Positions 1-9,804 of a stretch of 64,000 nt of DNA are shown here, piece by piece (position 1 is the first letter of the stretch; the number at the start of each line of letters is the position of its first letter). Under the pieces are notes generated by a model. That model saw only the letters and a program-made list of their open reading frames with translations, was not told where the DNA came from and made no database searches. The stretch lies in assembly GCA_964242665.1 (NCBI GenBank), contig CAXTBA010000014.1:7885-71884 (forward strand). The letters run 5' to 3'. A program made the translations under genes and the position numbers. The stretch is from an uncultured Hymenobacter sp. GTDB lineage: Bacteria > Bacteroidota > Bacteroidia > Cytophagales > Hymenobacteraceae.

Positions 1-2
1 GC

Positions 3-104
3 CGCGAGCTGCTGAACGTGCTTTTGCGCTACTACCAATTGCACGTCGAGCAGATGGGCGAGATCAAATCGCTCGACATTCTTTCGCAAGTGCTAGCAGA
101 ATAG
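3..104 (+). CDS. recO: 3' end of DNA repair protein RecO (partial, runs off window start)
   Basis: Manual translation RELLNVLLRYYQLHVEQMGEIKSLDILSQVLAE* resembles the Bacteroidota RecO C-terminus (YYxLH...IKSLxxL). Confidence 0.7.
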   Translation, partial: RELLNVLLRYYQLHVEQMGEIKSLDILSQVLAE

Positions 105-106
105 AC

Positions 107-206
107 GAAGTTTTGGGTGTTAAATTCTGAGTTTTAAGTTGAAAATGAAATGATTATGGCACATCCTTTTTCAACTCAAAACTCAAAAATTAACACCCAA
201 AACTTC
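107..206. repeat. AT-rich heptamer-unit inverted repeat
   Basis: Arms 107-145 and 168-206 are 36/39 complementary, with ~7-bp period (GTTTTGG/GTGTTAA/ATTCTGA/GTTTTAA); lies between convergent genes. Confidence 0.85.
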
Positions 207-1173
207 ACTTCACCCCCACTAGCTCCACGTCGAAGCGGAGGACGGCGTTAGCTGGAATGTCGGGCCCCGCCCCGCGGGCCCCGTAGCCCAGCGGCGAAGG
301 GATGAGCAGCACGGCTTTGCTGCCCTTGGGCAGCGCGGCGATGCCCTGGTCCCAGCCCGCGATGACCTGGCCGGTGCCGAGCGGAAAGTCAATCGGTACG
401 TTGCCGTGCTGGGCCGAGGCGTCGAACACCTTGCCGGTGGCCAGCAGGCTGCCTTTGTAGAGTACGCTCACGGTCTGGCCTTTTTTGGGCAGGGGCCCCT
501 TGCCGGTTTTGGTGAGGACGTAGTAAGTGCCCCCGGTCGTTTTGCGGGCCACCAGCTTGTTTTTCTTCAGGTAAGCCTGAATCCGGACGTTGTCTTTTAC
601 CAGTTGCTGGGCCGATTGGGCGGCGTCTATCTTGGCTTGCTCGGCGCGCAGCTTTTGCTCGCGGGCCATCAATTCGTCGCGGCTCAGCAGCTCAAAGGTC
701 CGCGCCGATACCACCATCACGTTGCCGGCCCGCCGGATAAACGGCGGCACGGGCTGGCCCTGGAAGGTCTTGGCGAAGAGCGTGTCGGCGGGCAGGCGAA
801 ATACGGCGCTGTCGCCGGGCAGCAGCAGGGCCACGGCCTCTTCCAGCGTCCCGGCGGGTGGGGCGGGCAGCAGCGGAAACGGTTGCGGCTTGGGCTGCAC
901 GCGGCGGCTGTTCATCAGCAGCGAGTCGCGGCCGGTGCGAAATTCCAGGAAAACGGTGAGGAACTGGCCGGCGCGGCTCGCGTAGGGCGCGTCGGTGGGC
1001 ACGACCAGGGCCCGGGGCACAAAGCGGCCGTCGGGCCCCTTGCGAAACAGCTGGTAGTCGATGCCGCTGGCGGTGCGGCCTTCACCCGACGCGGCCGGGG
1101 CCTGAGCAGGAGATTGGGCGGAAGCCAGGCGACTGGCCAGCAGCGCGGCCGTTATCATCGTCCAAAAACGCAT
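205..1173 (-). CDS. FKBP-type peptidyl-prolyl isomerase, exported, tandem-domain
   Basis: Signal peptide; C-terminal FKBP motifs VSVLYKG, VFDAS, GQVIAGWDQGI, LGYG, IPANAVLRFDVEL. Confidence 0.92.
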   Translation of the reverse strand: MRFWTMITAALLASRLASAQSPAQAPAASGEGRTASGIDYQLFRKGPDGRFVPRALVVPTDAPYASRAGQFLTVFLEFRTGRDSLLMNSRRVQPKPQPFPLLPAPPAGTLEEAVALLLPGDSAVFRLPADTLFAKTFQGQPVPPFIRRAGNVMVVSARTFELLSRDELMAREQKLRAEQAKIDAAQSAQQLVKDNVRIQAYLKKNKLVARKTTGGTYYVLTKTGKGPLPKKGQTVSVLYKGSLLATGKVFDASAQHGNVPIDFPLGTGQVIAGWDQGIAALPKGSKAVLLIPSPLGYGARGAGPDIPANAVLRFDVELVGVK

Positions 1174-1262
1174 GGAATGGTGGCAGGAAAAGTGAAATAA
1201 AAGTGCGGTCGGTGGGCGTGGGAGGGCCCCGAAGATCCATCCAAGTGCCGGCTCAACGCTTT

Positions 1263-1306
1263 AAAAAAACGCACCCCGCCCCGCTGCAAGCGCGGAACGG
1301 GGTGCG
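1263..1306 (-). terminator. Probable intrinsic terminator after the middle FKBP gene
   Basis: CGCACCCCG...CGGGGTGCG stem adjacent to an A7 run (U-tract on the minus strand). Confidence 0.6.
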
Positions 1307-1329
1307 CAGCAACCCAAAACCGTCCGCCG

Positions 1330-1923
1330 CTAGGGCGAAACGGTTAGGACTGTCATGTCAAATAGAATGGGCGTGTCGGGGGCAATGGCCGCGCCGGCCC
1401 CCGTCGGCCCGTAGGCCAGGTACGACGGGATAAGCAGCAGCTTGTGGTCGCCCTGGCGCATGAGTAGCAGGCCTTCCGTCCACCCCTGAATGAAGTTGTT
1501 GGGATTTACTATGAAGTCGTAGCCATCGGTCGCGGGTGTGGTAGCGGTTGCTGCGTGGACCGACGTATCGAACACATTATTTTCCGTGGCGGCACTCACA
1601 AACTTACCCGTGTACCGCACGCTTACGTGGTTGCCAACCGCAATCGGTGTGCCCGTGCCCGCCATCAGCGTCACCAGGTACAGGCCCGAGGCCGTGCGCT
1701 GGTAGGTAGCGGTGGTGTAGTTGTGTCGCTTGAGGTAGCCCAAAATAATGGTATCGTCGATGGCTTTATATTTTTCTTGGTGGGCCAGGGCATCCTTAAC
1801 CGCTTGGTCGTAGGCACTCGTGTCAATAGCCGTGTTGCAACTCCACAGCGCGGGCGACGCGCAGAGCATAAGCAGTCCCAGCAGCCCAATCTGGGCGCGA
1901 AAGCGCGAAAAAAAAGATTTCAT
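1330..1923 (-). CDS. FKBP-type PPIase, probable lipoprotein
   Basis: Lipobox-like LWSC; VSVRYTG, VFDTS, FIQGWTEG, LAYG, IAPDTPILFD; start taken at ATG MKSFF. Confidence 0.9.
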   Translation of the reverse strand: MKSFFSRFRAQIGLLGLLMLCASPALWSCNTAIDTSAYDQAVKDALAHQEKYKAIDDTIILGYLKRHNYTTATYQRTASGLYLVTLMAGTGTPIAVGNHVSVRYTGKFVSAATENNVFDTSVHAATATTPATDGYDFIVNPNNFIQGWTEGLLLMRQGDHKLLLIPSYLAYGPTGAGAAIAPDTPILFDMTVLTVSP

Positions 1924-1944
1924 CAACGGAATCAGCATACGGGA

Positions 1945-2931
1945 TTATTTCACGTTTACCAGCTCCACCTCGAAGCGCAGCGGCGAGTTGGCCGGAATGT
2001 CGGCCCCGGCTCCTTGTTGGCCGTAGGCCAGCGTAGACGGAATCAAAAAGGTAGCCTTGCTGCCTTTGTTGAGCAAAGCCACGGCCTCGTCCCAGCCCGG
2101 AATCACGCGGCCCTGGCCCAGCGGAAACTCAAACGCGCCGGGGTGCTTGTCCGACGAGTCGAATACTTTGCCGTCGAGCAGCGAGCCGGTGTACTTCATG
2201 CTCACCGTCTGGCCTTGCTTGGCCACGGGGCCCGTACCAGGGGTTGTAATCGTGTAGTAGATGCCTGAGGGAGTCTTTTTCAGGCCAGTCAGGTTTTTTG
2301 TTTTGATGTAGGCTTGCAGGGTCGCATCGTCCTTCTTCAACTGGTCGCCGGCGTAGGCCATCATCTGGCGCTGCTGCTCGGCCATCATTTTCTGTTGCAG
2401 CTCCTGCTGCATGGCCATTGCGGCGGTTTGGTCGATGAGGGCGCGGGTGGCCACGTGCAGCACCACCACGTTGCCGGCTTTCTTGAGGAATGGGGGCACG
2501 GGGCGGCCCTGGGGCTTGAACAAAGTGTCAGCGTTGAAGCGGAACACACCGCTGTCGCCGGGTTGCAAGAGGGCAAACGCCTCGTCGGGGTTGCCTTTGC
2601 GCTTCACCTCCTGGAGGGGCAGCGGCACCACCGCGCCCTGAAACTTGGTGCGGGTGCTTTCGAGCACCGAGTCCTTACCGGTGCGGGTGTCGATGTAGGC
2701 GGTCAGGAACTTGCCTACCCGGTCTTTATAGGTTGGGTCCACGTCGCCGCTGATTTCGCGCCGCTCGTACTTGCCGCCGGTCTTTTTAAAGATTTTGTAT
2801 TCGATGCCCGACTTCGTTTTGGCGAAGTCGCCGGACCCGCCGAGCTTATTGCAGGCTGCGGTGGAAAACAAGAGGCCGAGCAAGCCGGCCCCTAGGGCCA
2901 GGTGCCGCCCAAAGCGGAAGGTAGAACGCAT
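1945..2931 (-). CDS. FKBP-type PPIase lipoprotein, tandem-domain
   Basis: Lipobox TAAC; YTGSLLDGKVFDSS, GRVIPGWDEA, IPANSPLRFEVEL. Confidence 0.92.
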   Translation of the reverse strand: MRSTFRFGRHLALGAGLLGLLFSTAACNKLGGSGDFAKTKSGIEYKIFKKTGGKYERREISGDVDPTYKDRVGKFLTAYIDTRTGKDSVLESTRTKFQGAVVPLPLQEVKRKGNPDEAFALLQPGDSGVFRFNADTLFKPQGRPVPPFLKKAGNVVVLHVATRALIDQTAAMAMQQELQQKMMAEQQRQMMAYAGDQLKKDDATLQAYIKTKNLTGLKKTPSGIYYTITTPGTGPVAKQGQTVSMKYTGSLLDGKVFDSSDKHPGAFEFPLGQGRVIPGWDEAVALLNKGSKATFLIPSTLAYGQQGAGADIPANSPLRFEVELVNVK

Positions 2932-2969
2932 GAACGTGCTAAAATGTAAGGAGAAAACGGATTTGCGGG

Positions 2970-2977
2970 CAAAGGTA
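2970..2977 (-). promoter_or_regulatory. Bacteroidota housekeeping -7 element (TAnnTTTG) for the FKBP genes
   Basis: TACCTTTG on the minus strand ~40 bp upstream of ATG 2931. Confidence 0.6.
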
Positions 2978-2984
2978 CGCAGCA

Positions 2985-4031
2985 CTAGGCCACGGGCGGC
3001 GCGACGGCAACAGTCTCCCCTACCAATTGCTCTTTGTACTGCGGCAGCAGGCTCAGGAAGCGCTCCACGGTGGGCCCCAGGGGCTGGTAGCTGATGCCGC
3101 CGGCGGCGTTGTGGTGGCCGCCGCCCTCGAAGTGCAGGCGCGAGAAGTCGCTCACCGAAAAGTCGCCCACTGAGCGGAAGGAAATCTTCACGGCCGGCCC
3201 GCGGTCGATAAAAATAGCTGCAAACACGATGCCCTCGATGCTGAGGGCATAGTTGACGAGGCCCTCGGTGTCGCCGGTTTTGCTGTCGTAGGTCCGCAAC
3301 TCCTCTTTGGTAATGGCGATGTAGGCGGTGTTGAACTCGCGGTTGACGACCAGCTTTTCCTTCAGCACGAAGCCCAGGAAGCGCAGCCGGATTTCGGAGT
3401 GCGAGTCGTAGATGCGGCGGTGCACGGACGAAAGGTCGATGCCCGCGCCCAGCAGCTCGGCGATGATGAGGTGGACGTTGCGCGAGGTGCTGGGGTGGCG
3501 AAACGAGCCCGTGTCGGTCATGATGCCGGCGTAGAGGGCCTCGCCCATGGCCTTCGTTATCTGGGCTTGGTCGCCCAAGTCGCGGATGATTTCGAAGATC
3601 AGCTCGGCCGTAGCCGCCGCGTTGGGGTTCGAGAAGCTGATGTCGGCGAAGTCCTCGGGCTGCTGGTGGTGGTCGACGAGCACTTTCACGCCGGGGGCGT
3701 TGCGCACGTACTCCCCAATCTCGTTGATGCGGCCCAGGCAGCTGAAATCGAGGCAGAAAATGACTTCGGCGCGCTGCACCAGGTCGCGCACCTGGCGGTC
3801 GTTCTGGCGCTTTTCGTAAATCACTACCTCATCGTTGCCCGCCATCCAGTTCAGGAAGCCGGGGTAGTCGGAGGGCGTCACCACGGTCACGTGGTGGCCG
3901 TGCTGCTTGAGGTAGCCCGCCCAGGCCAGCGACGAGCCCAGGGCGTCGGCGTCGGGTTTGTGGTGGGTGGTGATAAAAATCTGGCGCGGCTGCGCGAGCA
4001 GCGCCTGTAACTCGGCAAGGGGGGTGGTCAT
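2985..4031 (-). CDS. nrnA: DHH/DHHA1 bifunctional oligoribonuclease / pAp phosphatase
   Basis: HHKPDADALGS, DHH, TDTGSF, GGGHHNAAG motifs. Confidence 0.9.
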   Translation of the reverse strand: MTTPLAELQALLAQPRQIFITTHHKPDADALGSSLAWAGYLKQHGHHVTVVTPSDYPGFLNWMAGNDEVVIYEKRQNDRQVRDLVQRAEVIFCLDFSCLGRINEIGEYVRNAPGVKVLVDHHQQPEDFADISFSNPNAAATAELIFEIIRDLGDQAQITKAMGEALYAGIMTDTGSFRHPSTSRNVHLIIAELLGAGIDLSSVHRRIYDSHSEIRLRFLGFVLKEKLVVNREFNTAYIAITKEELRTYDSKTGDTEGLVNYALSIEGIVFAAIFIDRGPAVKISFRSVGDFSVSDFSRLHFEGGGHHNAAGGISYQPLGPTVERFLSLLPQYKEQLVGETVAVAPPVA

Positions 4032-4199
4032 TGATAGCGTAGGAAGCTTACAAAACAACTAAAGGCCGGACCTTTAGGATAAACCGGGCGGCAAAAGTCG
4101 GAAGAAATCCGTTCCCAACAACTGAACTGTCCCCGAAGGTTCGCCCGGGCCCGGCCAATGCGGCCCCGGGCCGGGCCAACGCGCCGGCCAAGTTGTGGT

Positions 4200-4207
4200 T
4201 ACTTTTG
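4200..4207 (+). promoter_or_regulatory. -7 element (TAnnTTTG) for ndk
   Basis: TACTTTTG 38 bp upstream of ATG 4245. Confidence 0.55.
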
Positions 4208-4244
4208 TGCCCTCACCGTTCCATTTCTCATTTATTTTCGCCCC

Positions 4245-4652
4245 ATGGCCACCAATCGCACTTTCACAATGATTAAGCCCGACGCCGTCCAGGAAAACCA
4301 CATCGGTGGCATTCTGGGCATGATGGAGGCCGGCGGCTTCCGCGTTGTGGAGCTTCAGAAAATTTCTCTCACGGCTGAGCGCGCCGGCGAGTTTTACGCA
4401 GTCCACAAGGAGCGCCCCTTCTACCAAGACCTCGTCAAGTACATGTCGAGCGGCCCCATCGTCGCTGCCGTGCTTGAAAAAGACAACGCCGTGGCCGACT
4501 TCCGCACCCTCATCGGGGCCACCAACCCGGCCCAGGCCGCCGAAGGCACCATCCGGAAGAAGTACGCCAAAAGCATCGAAGCCAACGCCGTACACGGCTC
4601 CGACTCCGACGAGAATGCCCAAATCGAAGCCGATTTTTTCTTCGGTAAATAA
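4245..4652 (+). CDS. ndk: Nucleoside diphosphate kinase
   Basis: [24 protein letters not shown] catalytic motif. Confidence 0.97.
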   Translation: MATNRTFTMIKPDAVQENHIGGILGMMEAGGFRVVELQKISLTAERAGEFYAVHKERPFYQDLVKYMSSGPIVAAVLEKDNAVADFRTLIGATNPAQAAEGTIRKKYAKSIEANAVHGSDSDENAQIEADFFFGK

Positions 4653-4687
4653 GCGCTGCCACGGCCCTGGCCACCCGGTAGTTTCAT

Positions 4688-4726
4688 AAAAAAACCCGCG
4701 TTGCGCGCTGCAACGCGGGTTTTTTA
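4688..4726. terminator. Bidirectional intrinsic terminator between ndk and the CNT transporter
   Basis: A-run, CCCGCGTTGC stem, GCAACGCGGG, T-run. Confidence 0.85.
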
Positions 4727-4824
4727 TTTACTAAAAACAGACTTTTTTTGTACTGTTTTTAGTAAACGACCTTCTTTCCTCATTGAACATCAGGCGGGAG
4801 TGTGGTGACAATGCAGCGCAAAAG

Positions 4825-6072
4825 CTACATCAGCAGCCCAGCCAGCGTGGCGGACAGGTAGGAAGCCAACGTGCCGCAAATCAGAGCCTTGAAGCCTAAT
4901 TTGGCTAAGTCGGAGCGGCGCGAGGGGGCCAACTCGCCGATGCCGCCCACCTGGATGGCGATGCTGCTGAAATTGGCGAAGCCGCAGAGCGCAAAGCTGG
5001 CGATAATCAGGGCTTTCGGCGACAGGGCGTTGGCCCCTTTTTGCAGGGTCGTGAGGTCGAGGTAGGCCACGAACTCGTTGAGGACCATCTTGGTGCCCAT
5101 CAGGCTGCCCACGGTGGTGATGTCCTTGCCCGGCACGCCCATCGCCCAGGCAAAGCCGGCGAAAAGGTAGCCCAAAATGAATTTCAGGCTCAGCTGCGGT
5201 ACGCCCATCAGACCCCCTGCTTTGCCGAGCAGGTAATTGACCAAAGCAATGAGGGCGATGAAGCCGATGAGCATGGCCACCACGTTCAGGCCCACTTTCA
5301 ACCCGTCCGAAGCGCCGTGCGAGATGGCGTCTACCAGGTTGGCGTCCTGCTTTTTAACATCCAGCTTCACCGTACCCTGGGTTTCGGATACCTCCGTTTC
5401 GGGGTACACGATTTTGGAGATGACGAGGGCCCCGGGGGCCGCCATCAGCGAGGCGGCCAGCAGGTAGGGGGCCGGCACGCCCAGGGCGATGTACACGGCC
5501 AGCACGCCGCCCGCGATGGTGGCCATCGAGCCGGACATGCTGGCCAGTAGCTCGCTCATCGTCATGCCCGGCAGGTAGGGCTTGATCATGATCTGGGCCT
5601 CGACCTGGCCCACAAACGTGCTGGCTACGTTGCTCACGGCTTCGGCCCCGCTCACGCCCATCAGCCAGTGCACGCCCCGCGCCACCACGGCCACCACGCG
5701 CTGCATGACGCCCAGGTGGTAAGCCATGCTCACGAGCACGGCCACGAAAATGATGGTCGGGATGATGCTGAAAAAGAAAATGAACGTGGTGCCGGCCCCA
5801 AAAGCCTTGCTCAACAGCGTGCTGTTCACCAGCGGCCCGAATACGAAGGCCGCGCCTTCTTTCGAGAAATCCAGGATTTTGGTGATGGCCGCGCCCAGCA
5901 ATTGAAAAATGCGCTGCCCCACGCTGGTTTTCAGAATGAACACCGCCAGGCCAAGCTGCAGGGCCAGCCCCGTGCCTACGAGGCGGTAGTTGATGGCCCG
6001 GCGGTTGTTGGAGAGGGCGAAAGCCACGCCCAGTATCAGCGCGATGCCGATGAGGCCGGTGAAGCGTTCCAT
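4825..6072 (-). CDS. NupC/NupG-family concentrative nucleoside transporter (CNT)
   Basis: FVGQVEA, NEFVAY, CGFANFSSIAIQVGG motifs; highly hydrophobic. Confidence 0.93.
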   Translation of the reverse strand: MERFTGLIGIALILGVAFALSNNRRAINYRLVGTGLALQLGLAVFILKTSVGQRIFQLLGAAITKILDFSKEGAAFVFGPLVNSTLLSKAFGAGTTFIFFFSIIPTIIFVAVLVSMAYHLGVMQRVVAVVARGVHWLMGVSGAEAVSNVASTFVGQVEAQIMIKPYLPGMTMSELLASMSGSMATIAGGVLAVYIALGVPAPYLLAASLMAAPGALVISKIVYPETEVSETQGTVKLDVKKQDANLVDAISHGASDGLKVGLNVVAMLIGFIALIALVNYLLGKAGGLMGVPQLSLKFILGYLFAGFAWAMGVPGKDITTVGSLMGTKMVLNEFVAYLDLTTLQKGANALSPKALIIASFALCGFANFSSIAIQVGGIGELAPSRRSDLAKLGFKALICGTLASYLSATLAGLLM

Positions 6073-6268
6073 GCAGAAAAGACGAAAAAGTAGGAGCGGA
6101 AATGTCAGGCAAGTATTGAAACCGTCAAAGATAGACCAAGCCAGCAGTTCGCGCCGGGCCCTGGCCGGCCGGGGCCTACAAGAATCTTGTTCCTGCTACA
6201 TTGCTAAGGGCCTAGCCCTGGGCGCGGCGCTGGCCGCCCGGCGTGCGGGGCTTTTATCGTTCAATGCC

Positions 6269-7075
6269 ATGAAAAACGACATCCGCCGCTTGGTCACCGT
6301 GGCCGTTTGCGTGTACACGGCGGCCTTTTTGGTGACCGTGCTGCTGCACGAAGTGGCCCACGCGCTGATGGCCCTGGCCGTGGGCACGCACCCGGTGCTG
6401 CACAATTCTTACGTCGACAACCCGCCCGTGTCGGCCGGGCGGCAGGTGCGCATCGCGTTGGCCGGGCCGGTATTCAGTCTGGGGCAGGGGCTGATTTTCC
6501 TGGCCTGGGCGCGGCGCGGGCGAGGTACGGGACCGGGGGCCCTGTTTGGGCTATTCCTGGGCGTGTTCGGGCTGATAAATTTCCTGGGCTACGTGATGAC
6601 TGGCCCGCTGGTGCCCTACGGTGACCTGGGCCAGGCCGAAGCGCTGCTGGGCGTGCCGCTGGCGGTGGCCATCGGCGCGGCTGTGCTCGCCGGCATTGGC
6701 CTCACCCTCATTATCCGGCGCACAGCCCCACTGTTCATGCGCTTCGTGCCGGCCCCGGGCCCCGGAGCCGACCCAGCCGAAGTAAGGGTACAAAAGCGGC
6801 GCTACCTGTGGCCCCTGCTGGGGTGGCCTTGGCTGTTGGGCTCCGTCCTCATCACGGCGCTGGGGTGGCCGCTGCCCACTTTGCTCAGCGCGCTTTACCC
6901 GCCGCTGAGCAGCATGGTGCTGGGGGCTGCGTTCGGTGCGGCCATGCGCCGGCCCGAGCTGCTGGGGGCCCCGGTGGCACCTGCCATTTTGCGCGCCTCG
7001 CCGTGGGGCGGGGCCTTGGGGCTGGCCGCCATAGCCGTGGTGTTCCGGCTGCTGGGCGCGGGCGTGCGGCTGTAA
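6269..7075 (+). CDS. Integral membrane protein with M50-like zinc metalloprotease motifs
   Basis: LLHEVAH (HExxH) in a TM helix, ALAGP, later GD; multiple TM segments. Confidence 0.65.
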   Translation: MKNDIRRLVTVAVCVYTAAFLVTVLLHEVAHALMALAVGTHPVLHNSYVDNPPVSAGRQVRIALAGPVFSLGQGLIFLAWARRGRGTGPGALFGLFLGVFGLINFLGYVMTGPLVPYGDLGQAEALLGVPLAVAIGAAVLAGIGLTLIIRRTAPLFMRFVPAPGPGADPAEVRVQKRRYLWPLLGWPWLLGSVLITALGWPLPTLLSALYPPLSSMVLGAAFGAAMRRPELLGAPVAPAILRASPWGGALGLAAIAVVFRLLGAGVRL

Positions 7076-7093
7076 AGCTTTCGCGTTAATCCA

Positions 7094-7134
7094 CAAAAAA
7101 GCCTGCTTCCCAAGCTGGAAAGCAGGCTTTTTTG
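7094..7134. terminator. Bidirectional terminator
   Basis: AAAAAAGCCTGCTT...AAGCAGGCTTTTTT between convergent genes. Confidence 0.85.
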
Positions 7135-7165
7135 CTGAAAGGCTTGTGCCGTGCCGGGGCCCTGC

Positions 7166-8299
7166 CTACGCTTCGTAGGCCGGCGAGAACGTGCCGGCGG
7201 GTTGGCCGTCGGCCGTGGGGTAATCGGTGTAGCCGTCGGCCAGCCCGCCGGGGCCGGGGGCATAGAACGTGGCTTGGTCGGGAGCGGCCAGGGGCAGGCC
7301 GGCTTTAAGGCGCTCCACCAGGTCGGGGTTGGCGATGAACGGGCGGCCGATGGCCACAAGGTCGGCGCGGCCGCTTTCCAAGGCTTCATCGATGCGCGCC
7401 ACGGTGCTGTAGCCGCCGCTGAGAATGAGCGTGTTGGTGAATTTTTGCCGAATGGTGGCCACGGTCGCGGCGGGTACGGCCGGGGCCCCCATGCCCTCGT
7501 GGTCAACCAGGTGCAAGTACACAACGCCGATTTTTTGCAGCTCCTCGGCCAGGTAGGCGTAGGTCTCGTCGATTTCGGGGTAATGCGACATGTCGTTGAA
7601 CAGACCCCAGGGCGAGAGGCGGATGCCGATGCGCTCGGGCCCAATGGCGTCGGCCACGGCGCGGGCCACTTCGAGCACGAAGCGGGCCCGGTTTTGCACG
7701 CTGCCGCCGTAGCCGTCGGTGCGCTGGTTGGAGTTGGGGTTCAGAAACTGCTCCAGCAGGTAGCCGTTGGCCCCGTGCAGCTCCACGCCGTCGAAGCCGG
7801 CTTCAAGGGCCAGTTGAGCACTGCGCACGAACTCGTCGCGCACGTGGGCCAGCTCCTCGGTGCCAATGGCGCGGGGCGCGGGCTGGTCCTGCATTTGCTG
7901 CTGGTCGGTCCACATCTGGCCAGCGGCGGCCACGGCCGACGGGGACACGCCTTCCGCCCCGGCGGGCAGGTTGAGAGGGTGGAAGATGCGGCCGGCGTGC
8001 ATCAGCTGCACGAAAATGTGGCCGCCGTGGCGATGCACGGTTTCGGTCACGCGCTGCCAGTTAACGGCTTGCTCCTCGTTAAACAAGCCCGGTATGCGGG
8101 CGTAGCCCAGGCCGTTGGGGGCCGGCGAAGTGCCTTCCGTGATGATGAGGCCGGCCGTGGCGCGCTGGCGGTAATATTCGGCCATTAACTCGTTGGGTAG
8201 GTTTCCCGGGGCCCGGCTGCGCGTCATGGGGGCCATTACGAGGTGGTTGGTCAGCGTGAGGGGCCCCAACTGAGCGGGCTCAAATGCTAGGTTTGCCAT
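7166..8299 (-). CDS. Old-yellow-enzyme family alkene reductase (NemA-like)
   Basis: MAPMTRSRA, GFDGVELHGANGYL, RTDGYGGS, GRPFIANPDL, GYTDYP. Confidence 0.93.
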   Translation of the reverse strand: MANLAFEPAQLGPLTLTNHLVMAPMTRSRAPGNLPNELMAEYYRQRATAGLIITEGTSPAPNGLGYARIPGLFNEEQAVNWQRVTETVHRHGGHIFVQLMHAGRIFHPLNLPAGAEGVSPSAVAAAGQMWTDQQQMQDQPAPRAIGTEELAHVRDEFVRSAQLALEAGFDGVELHGANGYLLEQFLNPNSNQRTDGYGGSVQNRARFVLEVARAVADAIGPERIGIRLSPWGLFNDMSHYPEIDETYAYLAEELQKIGVVYLHLVDHEGMGAPAVPAATVATIRQKFTNTLILSGGYSTVARIDEALESGRADLVAIGRPFIANPDLVERLKAGLPLAAPDQATFYAPGPGGLADGYTDYPTADGQPAGTFSPAYEA

Positions 8300-8426
8300 A
8301 AAATAAGATTGCTGCGGTGCGTGAGGCGCAACCAAAAGATTAGTGGAACGCGCTCCATAATGCTGTACCTACATGAATTGTTCGAGCTTAATATCATCAC
8401 GTCAGTAAGAGCTTGACTACTAGCCA

Positions 8427-8460
8427 TAAAAAAAGCCCGCCCCACATCGTGGAGCGGGCC
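8427..8460 (-). terminator. Probable sodA terminator
   Basis: GCCCGC..CCAC / GTGG..GCGGGC stem next to an A-run (U-tract on the minus strand). Confidence 0.6.
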
Positions 8461-8483
8461 CTAAGCGCCAGCAGCGGCACTGG

Positions 8484-9092
8484 CTACTTAGCGTCAGCAA
8501 AGCGCTTGTTCACCTCGTCCCAATTGATGAGGTTGAAGAAAGCGGCGATGTAGTCGGGCCGGCGGTTCTGGTACTTGAGGTAATAGGCGTGCTCCCACAC
8601 ATCAAGGCCCAAAACCGGAACGCCTTGGCAACCCGTATCGGGCATCATCGGGTTGTCTTGGTTGGGCGTCGAGCAGATTTGCACCGAGCCATCGGCCTGC
8701 TTGCACAGCCACGCCCAGCCCGAGCCGAAGCGCGTAGTGGCCGCTTTGGTGAATTCTTCCTTGAACTTATCGAAGCTGCCAAAAGCCTTCGTGATGGCCT
8801 CGCCCACGGCCCCGGTGGGCTGCCCGCCGCCGTTGGGCGAGAGAATGGTCCACCACAGCGAGTGGTTCCAATGGCCGCCGCCGTTGTTGCGCACCGCAGG
8901 GGGTGCCGTGGCAATGTTGTGCAGAATCTCTTCAAGGGACTGGTTCTCCATTGCCGTGCCTGCAATGGCGGCGTTCAAGTTCGTAACGTAGGCCTGGTGG
9001 TGCTTCGTGTAGTGAATCTCCATCGTTTGCGCGTCAAACGTGGGTTCCAGCGCGTCGTAGGCGTAGGGCAGCTTGGGCAGTTCGAAAGCCAT
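8484..9092 (-). CDS. sodA: Superoxide dismutase, Mn-type signatures
   Basis: [30 protein letters not shown]. Confidence 0.95.
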   Translation of the reverse strand: MAFELPKLPYAYDALEPTFDAQTMEIHYTKHHQAYVTNLNAAIAGTAMENQSLEEILHNIATAPPAVRNNGGGHWNHSLWWTILSPNGGGQPTGAVGEAITKAFGSFDKFKEEFTKAATTRFGSGWAWLCKQADGSVQICSTPNQDNPMMPDTGCQGVPVLGLDVWEHAYYLKYQNRRPDYIAAFFNLINWDEVNKRFADAK

Positions 9093-9171
9093 AAGTGAAA
9101 AAGGTAAAGGTGGGAAAAGGGGTTGTCGTGCAACCGCCGGGGCTCCGTGGGGTTGCCGGCGGTGCGGCCGC

Positions 9172-9179
9172 CAAAGGTA
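9172..9179 (-). promoter_or_regulatory. -7 element for sodA
   Basis: TACCTTTG on the minus strand. Confidence 0.5.
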
Positions 9180-9182
9180 TAG

Positions 9183-9614
9183 TTATCTACGCTTGGCGCG
9201 GAAAAACGACTGCATTAAAGCGGCACACTCATCGGCGCGCACGCCGCCACGCAGCTCGGTGCGCGGGTGCAGCAGCGGTCCGTGCCGCCGGAACCCCGTT
9301 TTCAATTCTTCGGCTCCGTACACCACGGCCCGCAGCTGGGCCCAGGCACTGGCCCCGGCGCACATCACGCACGGCTCCACGGTCACGTAGAGGGTGCAGT
9401 CGGTCAAGTATTTGTTGCCCAGATGGTTGGCGGCGGCCGTCAGGGCCAGCATTTCGGCGTGGGCCGTCACGTCGCGCAGCCGCTCGGTCTGGTTGTGGCC
9501 CCGGCCGATGATTTGGCTTTCCAGCACCACCACGGCCCCGACGGGAATTTCGCCGGCCGCCAGCGCGGCGCGGGCTTCTCGCAGTGCCTGGGCCATGAAG
9601 TAGTCGTCCGTCAT
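9183..9614 (-). CDS. tadA: tRNA adenosine deaminase / nucleoside deaminase
   Basis: GEIPVGAV, HAEM, EPCVMC zinc motifs, C-terminal FFRAKR. Confidence 0.88.
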   Translation of the reverse strand: MTDDYFMAQALREARAALAAGEIPVGAVVVLESQIIGRGHNQTERLRDVTAHAEMLALTAAANHLGNKYLTDCTLYVTVEPCVMCAGASAWAQLRAVVYGAEELKTGFRRHGPLLHPRTELRGGVRADECAALMQSFFRAKRR

Positions 9615-9804
9615 GGCGCGCAAGGGTTCGCGAGGTAAGAATAGGTTTCGCGGCGGGTCGAACGGCGCGGTCTGCTGGCTCTTCGCCAGCAGACCGCTAA
9701 TTGTTGCGGCGGTTCAGGCCCCCGGGGCCAGTTTAACGATTCAGCGATTGCCGGGCCGCCAGCGGAAAAGCCGGCCGCCCGGGCCCCCGGGATCCTGCTG
9801 TCTT

